34,410 nt of DNA from a virus (IMGVR_UViG_2579778652_000012:1-34410); one strand, 5' to 3'; shown: positions 10,978-19,906, counted from the first letter of the stretch. Translations and numbers: made by a program. The notes: a model not told the origin generated them from the letters alone.

Positions 10978-10994
10978 AATGCTCTAATAAATTT
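10978..10994 (+). promoter_or_regulatory. C1-repressor operator-like 17-mer upstream of c4-icd-ant
   Basis: AATGCTCTAATAAATTT, one mismatch to the P1 C1 operator consensus ATTGCTCTAATAAATTT (recalled); a weaker second copy follows at about 11008-11024. Confidence 0.5.
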
Positions 10995-11180
10995 GTATTT
11001 TTAAGTCGCGAATGCTATCTTTTCGCATCATATTGACCTTTTAATCGTTCAGGCTTATAGTTCCGCCGTCGTAGCAAATTCTGCGACCGGGTTTAGCAGC
11101 CTGAATACTTACGCGGACAACCGCAGATTTCCGATATTGCGGTATTTTTGTGTCCGTAAACCACGTTACGCCCGAATTAT

Positions 11181-11257
11181 GGTGGGGCGTGATGGGGAGG
11201 CTTCGGCCTGCTGGTTTCGTAAGTGCCAGTCTGCTAACCCCGTCACGTCCTGCCACC
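11181..11257 (+). ncRNA. c4: c4-like antisense repressor RNA (immunity I)
   Basis: 77-nt segment closed by GGTGG...CCACC with an internal UUCG-loop hairpin. It carries TCGTAAG (11218-11224) and CTGCTAA (11231-11237), complementary in antiparallel order to TTAGCAG/CTTACG copies both upstream (11092-11098, 11108-11113) and downstream at the icd RBS (11261-11267, 11289-11295). Confidence 0.5.
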
Positions 11258-11306
11258 TGTTTAGCAGCGGGTCGCAGGTTGTTTATCAACTTACGAGGCC
11301 GTAACT

Positions 11307-11528
11307 ATGGTTAATGCCAATCCTTGCGCACGCCAAGAATTCATCTGGCGTTTCTATTCCTGTAAAAAACACCACTATCACTTCGTTATCGCAGCAACAG
11401 AAGACGAAGCACGCTCTCAATTGCCTGATGGCCCCTGCATTTTTACTGCCCGTTTTTCAACTAACTCGCGCAATTCACTTAGTTACTGGAGCCTCCCCTT
11501 CTCTGCCGACGTTCAGGGGGGTTTATGA
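11307..11528 (+). CDS. icd: Icd-like small protein (interference with cell division), translationally coupled to ant
   Basis: 73-aa ORF immediately after the c4-like RNA; its stop overlaps the ant start (ATGA). Confidence 0.5.
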   Translation: MVNANPCARQEFIWRFYSCKKHHYHFVIAATEDEARSQLPDGPCIFTARFSTNSRNSLSYWSLPFSADVQGGL

Positions 11529-12571
11529 AAACACCTCTCGTCACCCGTAATGAAATAGCCGAAGCGATCGCCTTGCATACTGCCTGTATGCCGACACGGG
11601 AGATCCCCGGCGCAATTGCTAACTATTTCATGATAACCAGACGTTTTTATACCCGAACAGATAAGGCTGTGATCAACAGGCTACTGATAGCCGAGATCAG
11701 GGATTATTTGATTGAACAAGGACGTCTACGTTACGCAACAGTGGCAGCAGAAATGAGAAAGGAGGCACATAGAATGACCGGTAATAATTTAAATGTTGAA
11801 AAACCAGCACCTGTTGCTTCAGCTACGCCAGCACCAGCCGTGAATATTATCCCCAACACCGGAGACACAATCGACAGCCTGACACTGTTAAAGATGGTCA
11901 ATGAGGCACGGAAATTATGTAGCGAAAAACCAGTTCGCAACAATGATTTCATTGCCAGAGTTAAGGATGAGCTTGATGGGGAGGGTTACGAAATCTTCGT
12001 AACCCCTATGGATAAGAAAAAAGGTGGAGCGGATCAGGTAGTTATAGTAATGACATACAAACAAGCCCTGCGCGTTGCTGCTCGCGAATCGAAAGCGGTC
12101 CGCCGTTCGCTGATCGACAAACTGGAAGAATTGCAGCAGGCAAACTCCCCTACCCCATCGATCCCCCAAACATTACCAGAAGCTCTACGCCTGGCTGCCG
12201 AGTTGGCAGAACAGAAAATGCAGTTGGAACAACAGCTGGTGGCCGCAGCCCCTAAAGTCGATTTTGCCGACCGGGTATCAGCGGCTAATGGAATCCTGAT
12301 CGGGAACTTTGCAAAGGTCGTTGGACTTAAGCAAAACGCCCTTTTCTCATGGTTGCGCCAGAACGGCATTCTCATGGCTTTTGGTGCGCGCAAAAACGTA
12401 CCGCGCCAGCAGTACATTAACGCCGGGTATTTCACGGTGAAAGAAGTGGTGCTGGATGATGAAAATGGCTACCAGATACGGCTGACGCCCCAATTAACGG
12501 GTAAAGGCCAGCAGTGGTTAACTCGCAAGCTACTTGATGCTGGTTTGTTAAAACCAGTAGCAATAGGTTAA
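11525..12571 (+). CDS. ant: antirepressor Ant (KilA-C/ANT C-terminal domain)
   Basis: 348-aa ORF; the C-terminal roughly 150 aa (LPEALRLAAELAEQK...APKVDFADRV...GKGQQWL...LLDAG) are paralogous to the KilA C-terminus; position after c4-icd matches P1 immI. Confidence 0.7.
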   Translation: MKTPLVTRNEIAEAIALHTACMPTREIPGAIANYFMITRRFYTRTDKAVINRLLIAEIRDYLIEQGRLRYATVAAEMRKEAHRMTGNNLNVEKPAPVASATPAPAVNIIPNTGDTIDSLTLLKMVNEARKLCSEKPVRNNDFIARVKDELDGEGYEIFVTPMDKKKGGADQVVIVMTYKQALRVAARESKAVRRSLIDKLEELQQANSPTPSIPQTLPEALRLAAELAEQKMQLEQQLVAAAPKVDFADRVSAANGILIGNFAKVVGLKQNALFSWLRQNGILMAFGARKNVPRQQYINAGYFTVKEVVLDDENGYQIRLTPQLTGKGQQWLTRKLLDAGLLKPVAIG

Positions 12572-12583
12572 CAAAAGAAAAAA

Positions 12584-12607
12584 CCTGCCAGCAAACTGGC
12601 AGGTTTC
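12584..12607 (+). terminator. rho-independent terminator after ant
   Basis: Hairpin cctgccag-caaa-ctggcagg followed by TTTCT, 13 nt past the ant stop. Confidence 0.6.
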
Positions 12608-12648
12608 TGAGCAGATCGACCAACCCGATCTGGATCGAGTCAGAAAAA

Positions 12649-12665
12649 TTTGCTCTAATAAATTT
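12649..12665 (+). promoter_or_regulatory. C1 operator-like 17-mer upstream of kilA-repL
   Basis: TTTGCTCTAATAAATTT, one mismatch to consensus, followed by the conserved GTTTTCTAAGTG promoter-like extension; 70 bp upstream of kilA. Confidence 0.5.
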
Positions 12666-12734
12666 CGTTTTCTAAGTGCAAAGAATCACCATTTCGAGCT
12701 GGTGATTGAAGGTTGATGCAAATTTGGAGAAAAA

Positions 12735-13535
12735 ATGCAACAAACATTCAATGCGGATATGAATATATCAAACCTTCATCAAAATGTCGATCCTTCAACC
12801 ACTCTGCCCGTTATTTGTGGTGTTGAAATTACGACCGACCGCGCTGGCCGTTACAACCTTAATGCTCTACACAGAGCGAGCGGACTCGGTGCCCATAAAG
12901 CGCCAGCTCAATGGCTAAGAACGCTGTCAGCAAAACAGCTCATCGAAGAGCTTGAAAAAGAAACTATGCAGAATTGCATAGTTTCGTTCGAAGGCCGTGG
13001 CGGCGGCACTTTTGCCCATGAATTGCTCGCTGTGGAGTACGCAGGCTGGATTTCTCCCGCGTTTCGGCTGAAGGTAAACCAGACATTTATCGACTATCGA
13101 GCCGGAAGATTACAACCTGCTATTCCGCAGAGTCTCCCTGAAGCTCTCCGTTTGGCTGCCGACCTGGCAGAGCAAAAGCAACGGCTGGAGCAAAAAATGC
13201 TTATGGATGCACCTAAAGTCGAATTCGCCGAACGCGTTGCTACCGCCAGCGGGGTTCTAATCGGCAACTATGCCAAAGTGCTCGGCCTGGGCCAAAACTA
13301 TCTCTTCACCTGGTTGCGTGATAACGGAATTCTGATCGCAACCGGTGAACGCAGGAACGTCCCCAAACAAGAATACATATCCCGTGGGTATTTCACCCTT
13401 AAAGAAACCGTGATCGATACAAGCAATGGAAGCAGGATTTCTTTCACGACTCGTATAACCGGCAAAGGTCAGCAGTGGCTGATGAAGCGATTGCTTGATG
13501 CTGGTGTGCTGGTACCTGTCGCGGCAACGCGCTAA
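12735..13535 (+). CDS. kilA: KilA (KilA-N domain plus ANT-like C-terminal domain)
   Basis: 266-aa ORF; N-terminal KilA-N-like region (...RYNLNALHRASGLGAHKAPAQWLR...GTFAHELLAVEYAGWISPAFRLKV); C-terminus paralogous to Ant. Confidence 0.65.
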   Translation: MQQTFNADMNISNLHQNVDPSTTLPVICGVEITTDRAGRYNLNALHRASGLGAHKAPAQWLRTLSAKQLIEELEKETMQNCIVSFEGRGGGTFAHELLAVEYAGWISPAFRLKVNQTFIDYRAGRLQPAIPQSLPEALRLAADLAEQKQRLEQKMLMDAPKVEFAERVATASGVLIGNYAKVLGLGQNYLFTWLRDNGILIATGERRNVPKQEYISRGYFTLKETVIDTSNGSRISFTTRITGKGQQWLMKRLLDAGVLVPVAATR

Positions 13536-13564
13536 CAGACGTAGTAAGAACCACCAGCATTGTA

Positions 13565-14410
13565 ATGCTGGCTAAAGTCACTTTCCTGAGCTGTATAACG
13601 ATGAGCGATTTTACTTTTTCTGGCTATGAATTGGCCTGCTTTGTAACACACTCCGGTCTATCCCGTAGCGCCGGGCATATCCTGTCGCAATGTGCAAATC
13701 TTGCGGCAACAACCAGTGAATACTTCATTCACAAGCCTCACCGCATGATCGCGGCAGAAACTGGTTATAGCCAATCAACCGTCGTTCGTGCATTCCGTGA
13801 AGCTGTAAACAAAGGAATCCTGACGGTAGAGATTGTTATCGGCGATCACCGTGAACGTCGCGCTAACCTGTACCGGTTTACACCATCCTTTTTGGCCTTC
13901 GCACAACAAGCCAAAAATGCGCTGATTGAAAGCAAATTAAAGATCTCTTCAGCGGCAACCAAAGTTAAAGCGGTTCTCGCTAAGACATTGGCTTTATTTA
14001 ATTTTTTATCCACACCCCCATGTCAAAATGATACCCCCTCCCCCTGTCAGGATGACGTGGCAATAAAGAATAAGAAGTCACAAGTTAAAAAAACAAAAAG
14101 ATCAGTTTCCGGCGGTGCCGGAACGAGCAGACTCAAAAAATTGACTTCATGGATCGCTGAGGCAAAAGCAAAGGCTGACAATCTGCGGTTATCCAAAAAA
14201 CGCGCTCAAAAACATGAGTTCAAGCAGAAAGTAGAGGCGGCAGCGCGGAAATATACTTACCTGAAGAACAAGCGTTCTCCTGATATTGGCGGGATATCAA
14301 ACTTCGATAATCTGCCGCATTGCATGACGGTAAACGAAGCTCTTAATGCGGTTTTAGCCAAAAATAAAGATAACGAACAATGGGGTATACCGGCAGGATT
14401 CAGAGGGTAA
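13565..14410 (+). CDS. repL: lytic replication protein RepL-like
   Basis: 281-aa ORF directly after kilA, as in P1. The start codon lies within a hairpin (ccagcat-tgta-atgctgg); an alternative ATG at 13601 is possible. Confidence 0.5.
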   Translation: MLAKVTFLSCITMSDFTFSGYELACFVTHSGLSRSAGHILSQCANLAATTSEYFIHKPHRMIAAETGYSQSTVVRAFREAVNKGILTVEIVIGDHRERRANLYRFTPSFLAFAQQAKNALIESKLKISSAATKVKAVLAKTLALFNFLSTPPCQNDTPSPCQDDVAIKNKKSQVKKTKRSVSGGAGTSRLKKLTSWIAEAKAKADNLRLSKKRAQKHEFKQKVEAAARKYTYLKNKRSPDIGGISNFDNLPHCMTVNEALNAVLAKNKDNEQWGIPAGFRG

Positions 14411-14578
14411 TGAATTGCTCTAATTATAACCATGCATACTTTCAACACCTCTAGTTTGCCATGAGGCAAACTCATAGGTGTCCTGGTAAGAGGACACTGT
14501 TGCCAAAACTGGACGCCCCATTATTGCAATTAATAAACAACTAACGGACAATTCTACCTAACAATAAGTGGAGTTAAC

Positions 14579-15283
14579 ATGTTGAACCGAAGAACATTTA
14601 ATGTATTCTGCGATGAATCCTGTCACCTACTAAATGATCATAATAAAGTCATGGTATTGGGTGCGCTTTGGTGTCCTGGCACTATCACAAAAAAAATTGC
14701 TAGAGACATCAAGGAATTAAAATTAAAACACAATCTAAAACCTGATTTCGAAATCAAGTGGACTAAAGTATCTGCGTCCAAAGTTGAATTTTACTTAGAT
14801 GTCGTAGATTACTTCTTCAGCAACCCAGCATTGCGCTTTAGAGGTGTTGTTGTTCCTGATAAAGAGCAACTGGACCATGCTCGATTCCATCAAGATCATA
14901 ATACTTTCTATTATAAGATGTTTTTTTATGTCTTAAAAAACATAATAGAAAGTAACAACACATACAATATCTACCTAGATATAAAAGATACTTTAGGTAT
15001 TGAAAAAATTGAGAAATTAAGAGGGGTTCTTCACAATGATCGCTATGATTACAATCATGAGTCGATAAACAGAATTCAACATATACGATCTCATGAAGTG
15101 CAACAATTGCAGCTAACGGATCTTTTCATTGGTGCATTAGGCTACGTTCATCGAGGAATGAATAGCAACGCGGGAAAAATCCAAGTCATAAACAGGATAA
15201 AATCACATACAAACAGGGAGTTACTAAAAAGCACTCTTCCAACAGAAAGTAAATTTAATATTTTCGTGTGGGAGGCTCGCTGA
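14579..15283 (+). CDS. DUF3800-like protein (FCDES motif), AT-rich accessory gene
   Basis: 234-aa ORF; N-terminal TFNVFCDESCHLL resembles the DUF3800 D-E-S signature (recalled); visibly AT-rich relative to flanking genes; this is the position P1 assigns to rlfA. Confidence 0.45.
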   Translation: MLNRRTFNVFCDESCHLLNDHNKVMVLGALWCPGTITKKIARDIKELKLKHNLKPDFEIKWTKVSASKVEFYLDVVDYFFSNPALRFRGVVVPDKEQLDHARFHQDHNTFYYKMFFYVLKNIIESNNTYNIYLDIKDTLGIEKIEKLRGVLHNDRYDYNHESINRIQHIRSHEVQQLQLTDLFIGALGYVHRGMNSNAGKIQVINRIKSHTNRELLKSTLPTESKFNIFVWEAR

Positions 15284-15747
15284 TGCTTCAAATGCCAGAT
15301 TTATTGTACTTCAATGGAAGTTGGCAAGAGTATATAGACGATGTATATGATATTGTCAGAGAAGACATTTTAATCTCTAATATAACGTTTAAGGGTCTCC
15401 CTGTTCGATTACGTTATTCACCGGAATATGATGGGAAAGAGTTCGGATTTTGGCATTTAGTATCAGAGGGAAAAAAAGAAGAAGAACGTATACCCGATCT
15501 TGAACGGTGCAAGCGAATTCGCTGGATCGCGCATATGATAAGGAATTATAACCATTGCGATATATCATGTTGGTCTGAAAGACGAGGACCAACTGAAGAG
15601 TGGGTAATCTGGAATGAGTGTGAAAACTACGTTGTTGTGCTATCCGCACGTAGAGACTATTGGCTTCTCAAAACAGCCTATGTTGTAACCTATGACAGTA
15701 AAATCAGAACACTCAAACAAAGCAGAAAAAGAGCACTTGGGACATAA
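15283..15747 (+). CDS. hypothetical protein translationally coupled to the DUF3800-like gene
   Basis: ATG overlaps the upstream TGA (TGATG), so the likely start is MLQMPDLLYF at 15283 rather than the track start at 15268; AT-rich; no recognised domain. Confidence 0.45.
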   Translation: MLQMPDLLYFNGSWQEYIDDVYDIVREDILISNITFKGLPVRLRYSPEYDGKEFGFWHLVSEGKKEEERIPDLERCKRIRWIAHMIRNYNHCDISCWSERRGPTEEWVIWNECENYVVVLSARRDYWLLKTAYVVTYDSKIRTLKQSRKRALGT

Positions 15748-15913
15748 AAAAGCTGAACCCGACACATATTGCTATGTATCGGGTTCGATCGCTCTTTCTA
15801 CACATGGTAGATGAGTAAGTCAAATCTAACCGATCTACTTTAGCTTTTCAATAGCTAGCTATAACTTTCCGCATATATTCTTCTGATAATTCCTGGAGAG
15901 CGGTTGGGTTTTC

Positions 15914-16210
15914 TCATGCTTTTCTGCGCAGAGAAGCACACTTATTCAGCAATAATAAATGCAATTCTTTGTTATCACTAAGTATTTCTACACACCAATA
16001 TCGTAACGTGTTCACTTCAAGTGTAGCCAGCACCTTATGTCGAAAAGCCCCCTCCCCTACACATAACGATGGCTGACATTCTGCTAAGGCACATAACCAT
16101 GTATTGGCATCATAGAGAACCCAATAATGCTCATCTGAAATAGTTATGCATCCAATTATTTCGAATCTTCTTTCTATCGTCTCAGGAGAGTATGAAAAAT
16201 CAATTTCCAT
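15914..16210 (-). CDS. hypothetical small protein
   Basis: 98-aa ORF convergent with the DUF3800 cassette; Cys-rich. Confidence 0.4.
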   Translation of the reverse strand: MEIDFSYSPETIERRFEIIGCITISDEHYWVLYDANTWLCALAECQPSLCVGEGAFRHKVLATLEVNTLRYWCVEILSDNKELHLLLLNKCASLRRKA

Positions 16211-16250
16211 AACATGCTCAAAATCTATCTATACCGGCATAATTTAAGCA

Positions 16251-16272
16251 CAAAAAAGCTCCCGAAGGAGCT
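16251..16272 (-). terminator. rho-independent terminator after the structural gene block
   Basis: Hairpin agctcc-cgaa-ggagct followed on the minus strand by a six-T run; 22 nt past the stop at 16294. Confidence 0.55.
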
Positions 16273-16293
16273 TTAAAATACAAGGGATGACTC

Positions 16294-16803
16294 TTAATCC
16301 CACTCAATCCAGTTGTAAACGATACGAAGTGACGGGCGCACAGCGGCAGTCACATCTTCAGTACTAAAGTCGATTGCATCACTGTAGATTTTGCAGTCCA
16401 ACATTTCAATTGTTGTAGCAGCTTTTGTCACAGCGTTAACCCCGGAAGATTTGGATTCAGGGGTCGCAGCCATCGTGATATCAACATAGTCCTTCGCCGC
16501 AATGCGATCTTTAATGAACTGAAGAATATCGCCTTCGATAGTCTCCACGCACTGGACCTGGATTTCCCCGGAGTTACGGATTGGACCGTGCTGGTTGAAC
16601 TTCACACCATTCGGACCATAGTCCTCCACATCCTCACGGGTCATTTCAGGGATCTGCGACGTGCGGACCAGTACGCTGATATCTTCATGGCCTGCAAAAG
16701 TGAGCTGGAATTCAGAAGATACGAGTCGTTCGCCTTTGGCCGCGTTGGCAGTATAGCGGCCCTTAATAAATTTACGGTTTCCCTTAGTGTTATTGTGCCC
16801 CAT
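16294..16803 (-). CDS. phage structural protein (tail tube or baseplate class, uncertain)
   Basis: 169-aa ORF, last gene of the minus-strand sheath/head block; assigned by size and position only. Confidence 0.4.
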   Translation of the reverse strand: MGHNNTKGNRKFIKGRYTANAAKGERLVSSEFQLTFAGHEDISVLVRTSQIPEMTREDVEDYGPNGVKFNQHGPIRNSGEIQVQCVETIEGDILQFIKDRIAAKDYVDITMAATPESKSSGVNAVTKAATTIEMLDCKIYSDAIDFSTEDVTAAVRPSLRIVYNWIEWD

Positions 16804-16814
16804 ATAAAATCCTT

Positions 16815-17396
16815 TTACTGGAAGGCCCGAACAATATCGGAACTGTTATATATCGATGAACCGGTCAACTGGAGGTTGACGGTGTTTTTCAGGAAATGCC
16901 CATTACTATCCCTGGGGGCATCGAGATCGAAACTTAGGTCCTGGATAGCGACATCAATGATGTTGATCCGGCGACCAATGTTTAGCGTCACACGCTCCGG
17001 GATTCGACCACCAATACTGGCGTCTTTAAGTTCCGGGCTAATCATTGCTGACAACGCGGCGATAGCACCTGAAACTTCCGTATATGGGTTAAACAAAGCA
17101 ATGAAAGTTACTGGCAGCGTGAAAGTCGGCGGTGTTCCCCCCTCCCAAACCATTAAGCTGTTCCAACGGGCCACCGACGTTGTTTCAGTACCAACCTGCG
17201 CAAAACCACTAAATGCACCAGCAACAGAACCCATAGACATGCCGGTAAACGGCGCTTCCCAATTCTGGGCCAGATTCATTGCCGCCCCCTGGCTGATATA
17301 TCCGGTAACCTGGTACTGAGAGTTCGTTAAAGTAACTTTCAGAAATGGCGATACACCGTCAGCCTGGCTGTAAACCCCAAAAGGTATAGGTGCCAT
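16815..17396 (-). CDS. phage structural protein (uncertain)
   Basis: 193-aa ORF in the same block. Confidence 0.4.
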   Translation of the reverse strand: MAPIPFGVYSQADGVSPFLKVTLTNSQYQVTGYISQGAAMNLAQNWEAPFTGMSMGSVAGAFSGFAQVGTETTSVARWNSLMVWEGGTPPTFTLPVTFIALFNPYTEVSGAIAALSAMISPELKDASIGGRIPERVTLNIGRRINIIDVAIQDLSFDLDAPRDSNGHFLKNTVNLQLTGSSIYNSSDIVRAFQ

Positions 17397-17431
17397 TCAA
17401 GTTAAAGGCCGGAGTTCTCCAGCCTCCTCCT

Positions 17432-18247
17432 TTAGCCGAGGCGCTTACGGCGCAGTTTCATTGACTTTTTGCGGGCCAGTTTTGCCGCGCCGGTCTGGGC
17501 TTTACGACGCGCTTTTTTCAGCGCCGATTTTTGAGCCGCAGTCAGACGTTTTTTACGCAGACGTTTACGGATGAGTTTGATCTCACCGTTACGAACAACC
17601 TTCTTAAATGCTTCAGTCAGCATTTCATCAGAAGTGCCAGCAACAACAAACGCCGCTTCCAGTTCGTCACGGTCGTCGCTATCTAAACCAGCGATAGAGG
17701 CACCAACATCAGCAGCAGCGTCGTCGTCTTCATCGTCAGCCAGTGCTTCGATCAGGTCATCATCTACACCGCATGCTGCGAGGAAGTCAGCAACATTTGC
17801 CCATGCTTCGTTATAGGCATCGTCCTGTTCTTCTGTAACTTCGGAGTCGTCGTCATCAGAGATACCAGCGATAGCCTGAACGAAACCATCAAGGGAGTCG
17901 AAAGTCAGATCACCGCTATCAGCCCAGGAGAAAACGGCGTCGGCCGCATCACTCAACGCATTCTGCATAGCACTTCGATTTGCAGCTTCCAGAATCATCT
18001 GGTGCGCCTGTTCGACGGTCCATTCTTTACCGTCTTTCCCTTCCAGGATTTGCTCTGGAGCCGGGGCAGATGGAACGTTATCGTTAGTCTGTGCCGCCGG
18101 TTCCGGATTATTATTAATAACCGGATCTGTTGGCGGTTCGGCGCTTGCTCGGGCAGACTCCATCAGCTGCACAGGATCAGAGTTCAAAGCGAAACGGGAC
18201 AGTCCATTCCCCAAAAATGCCCCGGATTGAAAAAAGTTTTTGCTCAT
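17432..18247 (-). CDS. highly acidic protein with a basic C-terminal tail
   Basis: 271-aa ORF; central Asp/Glu-rich tracts (ADDEDDDAAADV, SDDDDSEVTEEQDD) and a C-terminal Lys/Arg-rich tail (KLIRKRLRKKRL...KLRRKRLG). Confidence 0.5.
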   Translation of the reverse strand: MSKNFFQSGAFLGNGLSRFALNSDPVQLMESARASAEPPTDPVINNNPEPAAQTNDNVPSAPAPEQILEGKDGKEWTVEQAHQMILEAANRSAMQNALSDAADAVFSWADSGDLTFDSLDGFVQAIAGISDDDDSEVTEEQDDAYNEAWANVADFLAACGVDDDLIEALADDEDDDAAADVGASIAGLDSDDRDELEAAFVVAGTSDEMLTEAFKKVVRNGEIKLIRKRLRKKRLTAAQKSALKKARRKAQTGAAKLARKKSMKLRRKRLG

Positions 18248-18256
18248 TGTATTCCC

Positions 18257-19846
18257 TTACTTAATAAGCAGCGGTACGCCCTGGATACGACGGGCTACGC
18301 CAGTCGGGCAGCAGGCCCAGACTACTTCCCATTTATCGAATTCCGCCTGCGTAACTTTCAGCACATACGGTTCTGTACCGTCAGCATCAGGATCACGAGG
18401 AGCCACCAGAGCGCCGGAGGCGACAAAGCGATCTAAAAGTTTGGTCATCCCTTTAGTCAGGCCAGCCGCAGTAATACCGTCCGGGCTATGCTTCATCTGT
18501 CGGGCTAACTGGACAAAGAAACGGCTGATTGCATTCATCAGGGATGGGACGTGCTGGAAGTGCAGATAGTTATCCTGCGTGCAGCAAGTTAAAGCATCGT
18601 CGATGATCATCTGGCCAGAGGTGCCAACAGATACTTTATTGAGACGGCCCTTGACCATTGCTTCTTCGTCCGGGGTATCTTCCGGATACAGCGGTTGAAT
18701 TGACGCACGAGCAATGACGGCACGTTCTTCACCAGCCGGTGAGTAATGCCAACCGCCGACATCAGAGTTTTTCTTGACGCCACGAGCTTTCGCCGCATAC
18801 GCCGCGCCAGACAGACCGAAGACCACACGGGATTGGGTCCATTTGTCTTTGCAGGAGAACGGGAAGTGATAGACAGCACAGCTTACATAATCGGTACCAA
18901 GTAAACCGGTATCTTCAACAGCAGAGAGCGCTTCCGTATACGTCAATGTCGGTTTGACATCAAAGAAGCCATCAATCAGGCGATCAGAACAGATATTACC
19001 TAACGCGGTGATCGCCGCATTGTCATAGCAACCCAGGCCGAGAACAGCGGTGTACATGTACGGCGCATTATTCAGCACTTTAACCGCACGCAGGTACGCA
19101 GCGGTTGAGATTTTCGACTGATCGCCGTTGGTACCGCCAGTGAACGCCAACGATTTTTTGTTTGTTACTTTCGCTGTCGAAATCAGCTCTTCATTAACAA
19201 CCGCGCGCAGATATTTAGAACGGGCTTCCAGAGCCGTAGGCAGATAACACAAGCGGCCCATGTCATCTTTCGCTTCTTCCGCCAAAGACACAGTGTGTGT
19301 CTCCAGGGTCGTTACCACGCCGAGCGAAGTCGTCTGGGTCAGTTTTAAGAGGAAGCGTTCATTACCCGCGCTGTCCGCTGTTGCCGTTTCGATGGTTAAC
19401 TCACGGGTAGGTGAAATACACGGATCACCATCATCAACGTAGATAGCAAAGGCTTCGCCACTATCAAGTTCAATTTCAGAACCGTATGGCAACGCACTGT
19501 AAGCCGGTTCGCCTGATTCATCGAACATAATAATCGGGAACTTCGCATCATCCGGAACAGCGCGAACAACATAACCAGACGTTTGCTGAATAGCTTCGTA
19601 TACATGGCGAATTGGTTCGAACTGTGAGCCGGAAGACGGCTTCAGCGGTTCGCCGAGAACATCTTCGTAATTGGACTCAGTAACCGCAAGAACAGTAAAC
19701 GGCTTGCCACGCGCAAATACGCCAATACCAGCCCATAAGCTGCTATTTAATGCAACACCGGTAGATAACGTCGCATCGGCATTGATCGGGCTAACCGCGA
19801 CGCCGGATGCATTACCTAATGACTGTTGAATTGAATATTGAGACAT
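18257..19846 (-). CDS. probable tail sheath protein (P1 gp22-like by size and position)
   Basis: 529-aa ORF between the head-like gene and the downstream tail genes; call rests on synteny and size. Confidence 0.45.
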   Translation of the reverse strand: MSQYSIQQSLGNASGVAVSPINADATLSTGVALNSSLWAGIGVFARGKPFTVLAVTESNYEDVLGEPLKPSSGSQFEPIRHVYEAIQQTSGYVVRAVPDDAKFPIIMFDESGEPAYSALPYGSEIELDSGEAFAIYVDDGDPCISPTRELTIETATADSAGNERFLLKLTQTTSLGVVTTLETHTVSLAEEAKDDMGRLCYLPTALEARSKYLRAVVNEELISTAKVTNKKSLAFTGGTNGDQSKISTAAYLRAVKVLNNAPYMYTAVLGLGCYDNAAITALGNICSDRLIDGFFDVKPTLTYTEALSAVEDTGLLGTDYVSCAVYHFPFSCKDKWTQSRVVFGLSGAAYAAKARGVKKNSDVGGWHYSPAGEERAVIARASIQPLYPEDTPDEEAMVKGRLNKVSVGTSGQMIIDDALTCCTQDNYLHFQHVPSLMNAISRFFVQLARQMKHSPDGITAAGLTKGMTKLLDRFVASGALVAPRDPDADGTEPYVLKVTQAEFDKWEVVWACCPTGVARRIQGVPLLIK

Positions 19847-19906
19847 AACTTTCCCTGTTATGCGCCCCGCACGGGGGCGCTATGTTAAACGGAGAACTTC
19901 CCCTGA

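Noticed and set aside
11041-11289. 82-aa minus-strand ORF
   Set aside because: Overlaps the c4-like RNA and its target boxes on the opposite strand and has no RBS context; the region is better explained as non-coding regulatory RNA.
14413-14429. Full C1 operator downstream of repL
   Set aside because: Only the first 11 positions match the consensus (ATTGCTCTAAT), so it is treated as a weak or vestigial site rather than a confident operator.
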